From Mytilus trossulus (Eukaryota), in the NCBI RefSeq assembly GCF_036588685.1, contig NC_086377.1, positions 64,356,001 through 64,420,000 of the forward strand: 64,000 bases of DNA. The letters run 5' to 3'. Below are positions 1 to 11,602 of this stretch, one piece after another. Position 1 is the stretch's first letter. The number at the start of each line of letters is the position of its first letter. The translations under genes were made by a program, and so were the position numbers. The notes beneath the pieces were generated by a model that made no database searches, was not told the origin of the DNA, and worked only from the letters and a program-made list of their open reading frames with translations.

Positions 1-147
1 GTCACTGAATACAGTATCAATTTACCTTGGAAAACACGAAGTGTACCTCTTGCTGAACAGGAAATTCTGTTTCAGTGCTACGCATGTCGGTTAATTTTAA
101 GTATGTATAGAGTTCTGTGTGGTCTTCATGAACTGTTTGCGACATAG

Positions 148-1143
148 TTTTTGTCGAGCCTACGACATAGGGATAGTGATCCGGTGGCGTTAGCTTACTT
201 CTTAAAAGCTTACTATTTTAGAAGGATTGAAGACCTGGATGCTTCATACTTTGTATACAGATACCTAATGTTAAGAATTCTGTCTGTCACATGTCCATTG
301 TCCTTGACCTCAATTTCATGGTTCAGTGACTTTTTCTTATTATGAATAATAGGATAACTATATTTGGTATGTGCGTACCTTTCCAGGTCATCATGCCTAT
401 TAGACAGTGTTACTCGACCTCGACCTCATTTCACGGATCAGTGAACAAAGTTAAGTTTTGTTGGTTATGTCTTATATCTCAGATACTATCAACAATAGGT
501 CCAGTATAATCAGTGTATGGAATGATTGTAATGTGTACATGCCCAACTATTCATGGTTCAGTGGTTATAGTTAAGTTTTTTTGTTTCGGTCTGTTTTCCT
601 TATACTTTATGCAATAGGTCTACTATATTTGGTTTATGGAATGATTGAAAGGTGTACGTATCTAACACTAGCTGGCAAGTGTAATCTGATCTTGACCTCA
701 TTCTCATGGTTCAGTGGTCAAAGTTCAGTTTTTGAGATTTGATCTTTTTTTGTAATACTAGTATATACAATAGGTCAACTATATTTGGTGTATGAAAATA
801 TTTTATGATCTATATGTTAGTCGTGCAGGTTTTATTTGACCTTGACCTCATTTTCACAGTGTATTGCTCAGTGTATAGTTTTTGTGTGTTGGTCTCTTTT
901 TCTTTAACTATGAGCAATAGGTCAACTAAATTTGTTGTATGGAAGAATTGTTAGCTTTACATGCTTGCCTGGCATGGTTCATCTGACCTTGATCTCATTT
1001 TCATGGTTCATCAGCCAATGTTTAGTTTTCTTGGTTAATAGTAAGTTTATGTGATAAGTATTAAAGCTTTATATTGAGGACTATCAACATAATATCAATG
1101 CTAAGTAAAGGAGGCGAGACATTTCAGCGTGTGCACTCTTGTT
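148..1143. mobile_element. Non-autonomous Helentron/HINE-like element with internal ~120-155-bp tandem core repeats
   Basis: Recurring cores gaccttgacctcatttt(c)atggttcagt and aataggtcaactatatttggt (about 5 copies). T-rich termini ttttgtcgagcc... and ...gtgtgcactcttgtt. Family assignment is by resemblance only. Confidence 0.6.
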
Positions 1144-1144
1144 A

Positions 1145-4100
1145 TTAGGAAATTGTGAGTTTCCAAGATTTTGATTGATCATCACCAAATTCGTTTTTAG
1201 CCAAACAGTAATAACTTCCGCTATCACTTGGAACGGTATTTCTTATTGTAAGGTGATCGCCATTGACGAAATAACGACTCGTGGTATTTACAAGATGACC
1301 GTCATGATAGAAAGACATTTTGGGTTTTGGTGTGCCACCAGCTGAACATGTAAGTTCGAATGTTAAACCCGGTACAAGATTGGAGTCGGTAGGAGTAATC
1401 ACCATTTTAGGTGGCTCTGAAAAAGAAATAACAGCGAAATTAGTTTTAAAGTAAATAAGTATAAAAACTGCTCTGAGAATACTTCTTTCAGATTTACTTA
1501 TAAAAGTTGTACGTATGCTATATTATATGCCACATGAGGCGTACGATCTGCTTATCTTCCAAAAAATTTTAAATCCTAAACTTTGCTTATTTTTAAGCTC
1601 ATGTTGCTTGGTCGTTCATATTCTATGGTATGTTTTGTACACAATTGTTTGTCTTTAATTATTATTTGTTTTCGCTCTGACGTTACCATATCATTTTTGA
1701 TTTATTAGTTTGAATCATATCCTTTAGGTATCGTCGTCGCTTTTATGCAGTGATTGTTATAGTATCCAATATGGTCTTGTTTTGATTTTATAGGTTTATT
1801 CATGTACAGAAATGATCCAATTTTGAAACATTTGTCCCGATTTAAACATTACAATGATTGTATTTGCGCTATTCTTTTATCTTGCGTAAGCCATGACACT
1901 TAAATCATTGGCGAAAATTAGTTTGTTAAAATTAACGACATTTCAATGACATCATTCATTCTGTTTATAAGCTATTTACAATGGCTTAGATGGGATTAAC
2001 CTATTTGAGAATAATGGACGAAGGTTAGAGAAAATGATGTCTTCAAAGAAAAAAAAAGAGAGAAAAAGGTTTAGACCCTCGTAATACAGGTACTTATGTC
2101 CATGTAGGTTCAGATTCTCGTAATACAGGTACTTACGTTCATGTAGGTTCAGACCCTCGTAATACATGTACTTGTGTCCATGTAGGTTCAGACCCTCGTA
2201 ATACATGTACTTCTGTCCATGTAGGTTCAGACCCTCGTAACACATGTACTTACGTCTTTGTAGGTTCAGACCCTCGTAATACAGGTACTAACGTCTATGT
2301 AGGTTCAGACCCTCGTAATACAGGTACTTGTGTCCATGTAGGTTCTGACCCTCGTAATACATGTACTTGTGTCCATGTAGGTCCAGAACCTCGTAATACA
2401 GGTACTAACGTCTATGTAGGTTCAGACCCTCGTAATACAGGTACTTGTGTCCATGTAGGTTCTGACCCTCGTAATACATGTACTTGTGTCCATGTAGGTC
2501 CAGAACCTCGTAATACATGTACTTACGTCCATGTAGGTTCAGACCCTCGTAATACATGTACTTGTGTCCATGTAGGTCCAGAACCTCGTAATACAGGTAC
2601 TAACGTCTATGTAGGTTCTGACCCTCGTAATACAGGTACTTACGTCTATGTTGGTTCAGATCCTCGTAATACAGGTACTTGTGTCCATGTAGGTTCTGAC
2701 CCTCGTAATACATGTTCTTGTGTCCATGTAGGTCCAGAACCTCGTAATACAGGTACTAACGTCTATGTAGGTTCAGACCCTCGTAATACAGGTACTTGTG
2801 TCCATGTAGGTTCTGACCCTCGTAATACATGTACTTGTGTCCATGTAGGTTCAGACCTTCGTACTCCAGGTACTTTCGTCTATGTAGGTTCAAACCCTCG
2901 TTATACAGGTACTTACGTCCAATTTCAACGTTGACATAGTATTCTGCTGATCCGACAGAGTTTGTAGCTTCACATCTGTAGCGAGTACCAGTAGACTGGG
3001 AACCATCATTAGGAACCTTGGTAACAGTGAATGTTGGTTTGGGGTTTCCCGTAAAATAACATGGAATTGCATTCTGTGAACCATATATGTATGCATGGTG
3101 TGCAGAATTATTCGTAAATTTTGGCGGTTCTACAAAAATCAATTAAAATTCAAAAAGTGAACGTAGTACGAGAAACAATCAAATTACGTGAATAGTATGT
3201 ATTATTATTATATTTATTTATATCTATGATAAACTGTGACATTAAAAAATGACTAGCATCGTTTTTTATCCAATTTTTAAACTGGGTTTCTCGACTTAAA
3301 AATTGTCTACTGGTATATTAGTTGGACTATTACCAATTTGATGAGCTACGTGATGTATCCCTGAACTCTTTCAAATTCAATGAATCAAAACGATAATGAA
3401 TTCCTCAAAGACAGAATGGACAGTACAAATTAATGTAATTATCTTATCTCATAACTTAATAACTAAATCTAGATACTATGCTTAAGGTATTGAAGACGAG
3501 AAATACTAAAACAAGGTTATTTGTGGAATTAACCAAATTGAATGTTCGACCATATCCGATAGTTCGACATATAAGTTACTTCAATCTGCGCGAATGTCCT
3601 TTTTAAATGTTGTTGTATCTAATTTCATCAACCTTTTTGAACCTCAAAATTAACACTTTGTCGACATACATAGATTTACATCGTCCACTACATTATCAAA
3701 CCGTTTGCTGACAATGTATTGTCCTTAAAATTATTTGGTCATTAAATATATGTAAGTGTAGCTTTTACTCCATCTTTTCTAAATATAAAAAAGAAGATAT
3801 GGTATGATTGCCAATGAGACAACTATCCATAAAAAACCAAAACGACACAAACATTACAGGGATGATTCCAGGTGTTTTCAAATGGGTCCCTTGACTATCA
3901 AAATTGGGAATTTTCATGCAATTGGGATTTTTTTTCCGGCATAAAATCTATGATGAATTAACACTTTTTTCCTATAAAAACGGAAAATCAAGTTTTACCT
4001 TTATTTATATATACAATGACTGCTGTAAGAAGTTGTAACATTTTGAATAATCCTGATGAGCTACTCAGCGGATTATCAAATAATAGTATATAAATATATC

Positions 4101-7100
4101 ATGATTACCAGATCGCTTGACATTCTGACATTCGATTGGGACGAGTAAAACTAAAGTTGTTACATGTACATGAAGTTTATTGTACTTCTTTTAGTAGTTT
4201 ACATCTTAGCTATGGTAACCTTTTTACATATAGCAAATAAAAATATCCCTTGAGTAATTTTAAACAGCTAGTCATCTTTATAAATTGACATTGCTTGAAA
4301 TTAATTTCAAATTGGACTAGCACATAAGTTCTGTTGAATTCACGAAAGCATTTACAATGGTTTAAGTCTTATTTTGGTAAGATATTTTTGGCAATTTTGT
4401 TGCTGATAAAATTATATGGGAGGTTGTCATAGTTTTACCCTAGGTGTAACCCTAAGGAACAATAAAATTTAAACATTGAACCATAATAATTTGTTTTCAA
4501 ATTTTAATTGTTTGGATAATTTCCACTATTCATATCATTTTCATCTAGACTACAAAAAAGAGTAAATTCTGTATTTATTTAATATTTATTAAGTTTAATT
4601 CTCCATGAAGAAACAATAATTTTTTTCTGTGCCCAATAGCATTGTATCTTCTTAAAATACTAACCGAACCTCAACCCCAAAAAGTTTTTTTTTCTATCCT
4701 TCATTGATTTGTTTATGTCGTCCTTTATTCTAAAATGCCTAGACAGCCGGACTTTTGACAGAAATACTTATTTATATTTTTCATAAATATATTTGATAAC
4801 GAGTTCTGTTAATCGATCTGCTTTGACAATAGTCCGAGATTACTCTGACGTCCAACGGCTGTTTAGCCAGACAAGCTGGTCACACGACCCAGCTTGTCTG
4901 GCTAAACAACCGTTGGGCGTCAGAATAATATCGGACTACCTTTACGAGATCGGCGCACATTAAATTCATCAAAGGTATTGTCAAAATTAATAAGTTTTGC
5001 TCCCTGCCAAGGTCTGCTTTTACGAGACCCATGTTGGCAAAAAACATCTGTAATAGACCTGCTGGGCGATCTGCTTTTACGAGATCGAATACTCCCATGT
5101 AACATTTTTTGGTCAAATTTATGATATTCTTACTATAAGGCCTCACTCTGCTTTAAAATTACGAGACCAAATGTATTGAAAAAATTCTCTTAAACTTTTG
5201 AAAGAAAACTTACAACAATATGCTCATTTACCTTATCTTAACAATCTTCCGTTGACATTATTCTTATTCGGCTTTTAACACGCTTTGATGAGAACTGCTG
5301 GAAAATTGTAATTGCCTAAGTCAAAAACGGAAAAAATTCCGGAAATATTAATTTTTTTTTTCAATTTGGAATTTATTTTTACCCATTTTTTTCGGGGCCG
5401 CTGTAGGAATTGAGGGCCGCTAAGCGGCCCTAAACTATATAGTAGAATCATCCCTGAATTCATTAACAACTATAGGTCACCGTACGGCCTTCAACAATGA
5501 GCAAAGCCCATACCGCATAGTCAGCTATAAAAGGCCCCGATAAGACAATGTAAAACAATTCAAACGAGAAAACTAACGGCCTCATTTATGTAAAAAATGA
5601 ACGAAAAACAAATATGTAACACATAAACAAACGACAACCACTGAATTACAGGCTCCTGACTTGGGACAGGCATATACATAAATAATGTGGCGGGGTTAAA
5701 CATGTTAGCGGGATCCCAAACCTCCCCCTAACCTGGGACAGTGGTATAACAGTACAACATAAGAACGAATTATAAAAATCAGTTGAAAAAGGCTTAACTC
5801 ATCAGATAGACAAAAAGTGGAAGTGACAGGGTACTTATACATCCCGACACAAAAAGACACAATGAACAGATCTGAGAGTACTAATGCCTGCTTTCAAAAA
5901 ATTTTCACACTTCTATGCTACTGCGGTTGTGGCTTATCATGAAGATTGAAATTATGCGCCAATACTCACTGAGACATTCACAGCCATCCTGTAACATCTT
6001 AGAGTCTTTCCCTGGTGGACCCTCTGGACCAGCTTCTCCTTTAGAACCAGGAAGACCTTTAGGTCCCGTCAATCCCCTGTCTCCTTCTATTCCTGCTTCA
6101 CCAATTAATCCAAGATCTCCTTTTAATCCAGGCAAACCAGTCTCGCCCTTTTGTCCCTAGAACGAAATTTACAAGAGATGCCGGGAACATATTAAAATAT
6201 TTGAAAATAATAGTATTAATAAAATACTACTACCACTACTACTGATAATAATAATAAAATGGTGAAAGTATTAAAACAATTTTAAAGGCAGCTACATGTA
6301 CCTTTTTTTTTAAATGTAATTATATGTTTTTGTTATTGAAGGGAGACATTCAGTACAAACAGTGGTGGTTCCATCATGATGTACACACATTCATATCAAG
6401 TTTGCGTAATTAGATATAATCATGTCACTCGGCTTATTTTCTACTGTAATATGTATATAATACGAGTTTGAATATCTACCATGTTTAAAAAAGTATACAT
6501 GTCGAGTGTGACTATTCTACAAGTCTTGATGTTTCAATGGTTTTGTTTATACTTAGTTCTGCTTATAAACATATTTGGTTCTCTTTCTCAAAACCTAACA
6601 TAGAAGATTACGAAATGAACAAAGTATCTAATAATAAACCAAAAATAAAAACGCACAGTTAAAGAAACACAAAAACAGTTATCATTTACTTGTAATCCTG
6701 GAAGACCTGTTTGACCTTTGATCCCTCTTGGTCCTGGATCTCCTTTCATTCCTCTTGGTCCCTGTGGACCTGTATCTCCAATATCTCCCGTAATACCTTT
6801 ATCTCCTTGTGCCCCAAATGCACCCATTTCTCCCTTTTGTCCTTCAAGTCCAATAGGTCCTTGGTCGCCCGTTCTTCCTATTGGTCCTGGTTGTCCTTTC
6901 TCGCCTGTTTCAAGGTAATATGAGAATAAAGTGAAAACACACGTGATACTAGTTTCCATGTGAACAACTGTAACACGTGCCTCCAAAATAAGCTTCGTCA
7001 AGGACAAAAAGATTACATAATATGTTAAATGCATTGTTTTATACAGATTTTTCGAAATGAATGAACTATGAGAAAATGACACCAATGATAACATTCAAAT

Positions 7101-10100
7101 TAATTTCATAGAACCATATTGCATTTCCTATATAACTATCGACTAAATTTTGTAGTAAATATCTATTTCGATAATTTGCGAACTCAAATGGCGGTTCAAT
7201 TTTTATACTTCTTGTTTTTAGTTACATAAAGGCACCCTTTCTATTTAATAATCTCTATAAGATTTTTTGGAATAAACATTTCAAGAAATATTTTCATGAT
7301 TGTTGTTAATAACATTACACAACGAACAAACTGCAACAAGCATAATATAAATCATGTCATGAGACTAGATTAGTATTTTTTTCACGTCCGATTTTTTTTT
7401 TTCGTTCCTTGTATGAACCTTAATAAGAAAAACATACCTATTTCTCCTTGTTTGCCTTTGTCCCCTAGGTCTCCTGAAAGTGTAACGAATTATTGATTAA
7501 TTTGTAAAAAATCAAAAACATTGATCCATTACAACTAATATGTTTGATTGTATCCCTAGAAAGTGTGTGCTCTAGTTTTGTGTACGTTGAATTATTGGAT
7601 AGCAGAGAGGGAGTGAACTTGCCAGCTCTGTTTTAATATACATGTTTTTATGTTTTTTTATATATATTTTTTTTTTTACTTATCATTGCGTGCTACAGAT
7701 TTTTTTTAAAAAGTTTAACCGTTACAAAACGATTACTTTCCATTGAGTTTAAATCAATGAAGGTTTTTTTTTTAGTTTACCTGGTTGACATGGATGGTCT
7801 TTATGAACACAATGCTGAGCAAGAATCTTTTCCTGAAAAAATAGATAATCAGATACGTAAAATTACATTCTATAGTTTACAACTAAATCAAATTGAGTTA
7901 CTATAAAATTATGAAAAATAAAAACGAAAATATGTTGGGGCTTGGATTCTTAATTGATACAATAATTCGTGCAAAGTGGCGCCTTTTTTTAAGCAGTAGA
8001 TTTTTTTTTTTTAATTCGCTGTGTACATATACAATGTATCATGCACTATAAAATACGTCAAATGATAAGAAAATGTTGCAACATTTGTTTTACTCTGTGA
8101 CTTGAGGTCCCCCCCAAAAAAAAAATAAGACCTTTTACTATCTAATTTATTGCCTTACCTGTTGTAGTAAAAGATCAGTCAAAATACCATCTAGAAATCT
8201 CTTATCATGAGTGTCCCTTTTATATCTCTCCTATAAGAAAATATAAATTTCAAACTATGGCAAAATATAAGGTGACTTCTGTCCAACATCTGTTATCAAT
8301 AAAAATGTTTATACTATTATAAAACAAAAGTGTTTCAATCATGAGGTAGGAATTGTTCTGTTTGGTTTACGTTTAGGATGTTCGCTACTCTGTTTCCAAA
8401 ATAATAAGCCTTTCTCTATAGACTTTTTATACATTTAACACTGACACTTTTTTTCTTTCAAAAACAATGAAAAAAAAATTAACATGGAATTTATAAGATT
8501 TTCAAACATGGGTTTTAAAACTATATGTAATACAATTATGAAAAGAAAAGTAGGGGTAATAAATGGCAACATTTTAAATGGTACTACATAGATAAAACCA
8601 GAGGATTCCGTTTACTTGGCAAAAAAAAAAGAGTAGCAAACTTCCTTTACATATTGCGAAACATTGCAAACACGACTGGATAATTTATAGTATTATACAA
8701 ATCTTAGCAACAATTTTTAAAGGTACGCCTATTTAGATCAAAGCAAAACACTTTTTGTTGTAGTTGACAACTTTTCTGAGTTGATCATTTTCAAAACCCG
8801 CATTTCACAAGTAATCAATCTGCGATAAAAGACAATCATGGTTTTCTGTTTTGAATTGTTTATCATATTGTCATTTTGTTGTCTCTTTGATACATTCCTC
8901 ATTACCATTCTCAATTTCTTGAATTGAAAACTTTATCAATACCTTTGTATGTACACTAGTCTTTTAAATTAGCGGAATTATTTTTATCACCCGGCGAAAA
9001 TATAACCTGCCATAGTCATACGGTAAGTCACGACGGGACTCAAAATGGCTTAACGAAATAGACGGACACATATACAAAAGGAAAATATAGTGTCAAGAAT
9101 ATCAATAATCAAAAATGACTAGAGGCTCTTAAGAGCCTGTGTCGCTCACCTAAGTATATGTGAGTATTTAAAAGAAAGGAAGCAGATGGAAATTGTGTTT
9201 TGGTGATGGTGATGTGTTTGTACATCTTACTTTACTGAACATTCTTGCAATTTACAATTATCTCTATCTATAATGAGCTTGGCCCAGTAGTTTTAGTGGA
9301 AAATGTTAGTAAAAATTAACAAATTTTATGAAAATTGTAAAAAATTGACTATAAAGGACACTGATAACTCCTTTGGGGGTCATGTTGACCATTTCGGTCA
9401 TGTTGATCATTTCGGATATGTTGACCGATTTGTAAATCTTACTTTGCTGATTACAGTTTATCACTATCTATAATAATATTCAAGATAATAACCAAAAACA
9501 GCAAAAATTCCTTAAAATTACCAATTCAGGGGAAGCAACCCAGCAACAGGTTGTCCGATTCATCTGAAAATTTGAGAGCAGATAGATCCTGACCTGATAA
9601 ACAATTTTACCCCCATGTCAGATTTGCTCTAAATGTTTTGGTTTTTGAATTATAAGCCAAAAACTGCATTTTACCCCTTTGTTCTATTTTTAAGCGTGGC
9701 GGCCATCTTGGTTGGTTGGCGGGGTCACCGGACACATTTTTTTAAACTAGATACCCTATTGATGATTGTGGCCAAGTTTGGTTTAATTTGGCCCAGTAGT
9801 TTCAGAGGAGAAGATTTTTGTAAAAGCTGACGACGGACGACGACGACGACGGACGCAAATTGATGAGAACAGCTCACTTGGCCTTTTGGGCCAGGTGAGC
9901 TAAAAAGGGACGTTTGACATATCTAAGAAACGATCTTTATATACTAGGGCGATAAACAATCATAAGTTTGCAAATAAATCTGACTTGAACCTAGGTCTCA
10001 ATTTCAGAACGTTTTGAAGTAGGAAAAATCTGTAGCTCTCTGATCCGTAATGATTAATATGATGATTGTCAAAAAATATCAAAGACCATCGTTCCTAATT

Positions 10101-10481
10101 CAAGTCGAGATACATTTATAAATTTCGCCCTTTTAACATTTGGTTATTCGAGCGTAACTGATGAGTCTTTTGTAGACGAAACACACATCTGCCGCAAATA
10201 CAAAATTTTATTCCTTGTATCTATGATGAGTTTATTTATGCAAGAATGAGATCAGTATAAAACTACGTTAAATAATTAGAGTACATATGTAAAACGGAGT
10301 GATACAATACCTGCGATAAATGCCATGATTTGATTCTGCTTTCCAAACCAATGTCGATGTCCTCTATATCACTCAAAGCACAAAATTGAAGGACAGTAAC
10401 TGATACGAAAGCAGAGGCTTGGATCACAGTAAATATCAGTAAAGATGACAGCCATGGTGACGTACCTTCCTCGGCAGACAT
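1145..10481 (-). CDS. Type II transmembrane collagen with two Ig-like domains (colmedin-like architecture without olfactomedin domain), ~405 aa, 8 coding exons
   Basis: Exons, all GT-AG and phase-consistent: 10481-10311 (MSAEEG..., hydrophobic [26 protein letters not shown]), 8230-8159 (ERYKRDT..., furin-type RYKR), 7832-7781 ([12 protein letters not shown]), 7473-7438, 6904-6690 and 6156-5970 (45 uninterrupted Gly-X-Y triplets, then GCECL), 3129-2917 (short Ig-like, [10 protein letters not shown]...[10 protein letters not shown]), 1416-1145 (I-set Ig, [11 protein letters not shown]...[14 protein letters not shown], stop TAA). Total 1218 nt. Confidence 0.88.
2067..2916. repeat. 39-bp minisatellite, ~22 copies, starting at the splice donor of collagen-Ig exon 7
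   Basis: Plus-strand unit catgtaggttcagaccctcgtaatacaggtacttacgtc. The minus strand translates as repeated [13 protein letters not shown]. Confidence 0.95.
3857..5456. mobile_element. Non-autonomous hAT-like DNA element nested in the repeat above
   Basis: 12-bp TIR cagggatgattc / gaatcatccctg. Imperfect ~8-bp TSD (aaacatta / aattcatta). No transposase ORF. Confidence 0.7.
4830..4938. repeat. ~108-bp near-perfect hairpin (mini fold-back element) inside the hAT-like element
   Basis: Arms agtccgagattactctgacgtccaacggctgtttagccagacaagctgg and ccagcttgtctggctaaacaaccgttgggcgtcagaataatatcggact, separated by a 9-nt loop. Confidence 0.85.
8363..8649. mobile_element. MITE-like element; related copies at ~40916-41265 and ~52728-53023
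   Basis: Imperfect TIRs (ggatgttcgctactc / gagtagcaaacttcc). All three copies share internal sequence (…gataaaaccagaggattccg…, in opposite orientation context). Confidence 0.45.
9119..9905 (+). mobile_element. Helentron/HINE-like non-autonomous element
   Basis: 5' small hairpin (aggctcttaagagcct) followed by gctcacct, duplicated internal cores, a (GAC)n microsatellite at ~9830-9855, and 3' palindrome agctcacttggccttttgggccaggtgagct. Confidence 0.7.
10152..10195 (+). ncRNA. Degenerate type I hammerhead ribozyme motif within a short repeat
   Basis: CTGATGA-gtct-tttgt-agac-GAAA-cacaca-TC. The core and stem II are intact, but stems I and III are mismatched. Confidence 0.55.
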
Positions 10482-11602
10482 GATTATAGAGTTAAGATAA
10501 GATCAACCACTGGCCTTTGACATATATATGAACATGTACATGTATGATAATAATTTACTTTACCGGAGTAAACTAGAACATGTATAGAGATAATTCGACA
10601 TATGTACAAATACAACTTCTTGTACTATTCAGTACTATTGTTTGTATATTTGTCTTTTTCTTTTTAATCATGGCGTTGTCAGTTTCTTTTCGATCTATGA
10701 GTTTGACTGCTCCTCTTTTGTTCTGTATGATGTACGAACTATTAAAAAAATGTTCGATCAACGTTAACCTTCGTTTCAAATAAAGATTTTGAAATACATC
10801 GCCTAGATAAAGTAATGTCATTCGAAATGATTTCTTTATTTGTTAATCAGCTGTTGGGATGTTATATTGCTTATTGAAAATACTTACATTGCAAAACAAA
10901 CAAAAAACCCAAAACATCTCAGTAGAATTATGTAATAGTGCATAATGTATAGTTGATGACTTTTCCAGAGACAAAACTATTTTCTGGGTTGATTATTTTT
11001 TCAACCCAACAGATCAAGTGGGTTCCCGGTTCAATCTGATAAACACTTACATGAATTATAAAATATAGGAGATGTGGTATGAATTTCAATAAAACTATCC
11101 ACCAAAGCTCAAATGAAGTGGATGTAAGGATGTATAGGCAATCGTATAAACTTCACCAACGTGAAAAAACTCATAGCATATATTTCGATTTGATGATTTC
11201 AAACGTTTTTATGCAATTTGTTCCTCGAACTATCGATCTCCTGTTTGCTCGACGCATGCCTTTTTAGAATTAATAGACACATACTAATTGTCATGCAATC
11301 GCTTTAGATTAAAGCACTTGTACTATTTTCCTAAAGAAAGTCAATTGCACTAACAGAAATGTACTAATAACTTTCGTCATTGTTGGCATATTACATCAGT
11401 GTTCTTAATCTTGTATCTTTCACTAATCAAAAGAAATGAATGTCACACAAAAACATACATGTATATATGTTAATGTCAAGGTCATGAACCCGCAAAAAGT
11501 AATATCGGAGAGAGTATTTTAGTTTTCACTACGACTGCAAGTTGTTTTATTATCCATATGAATTGATGTTACACATAAGAAACATTATATGTCGTAAGGA
11601 TC
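10482..11602. promoter_or_regulatory. Candidate bidirectional promoter region between the divergent collagen-Ig and APN genes
   Basis: The two start codons point apart and are 1.12 kb from each other. A TATATA element at ~10523-10528 lies ~45 nt upstream of the collagen ATG. Non-coding first exons cannot be excluded. Confidence 0.45.

Larger units (their letters stand above)
3788..5890 (+). repeat. Abundant interspersed repeat (head aagaagatgtggtatgattgccaatgagacaact...), here split by a nested insertion
   Basis: 3788-3856 continues at ~5461. An uninterrupted copy is at ~26157-26345, and related copies or fragments are at ~11065, ~24380, ~38750, ~44500, ~48440, and ~60420-60600 (minus). Confidence 0.75.

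Noticed and set aside
5915-6923. Plus-strand Pro/Gly/Ser-rich ORFs (5915-6160, 6711-6923, 6718-6918)
   Set aside because: These are antisense shadows of the collagen exons.
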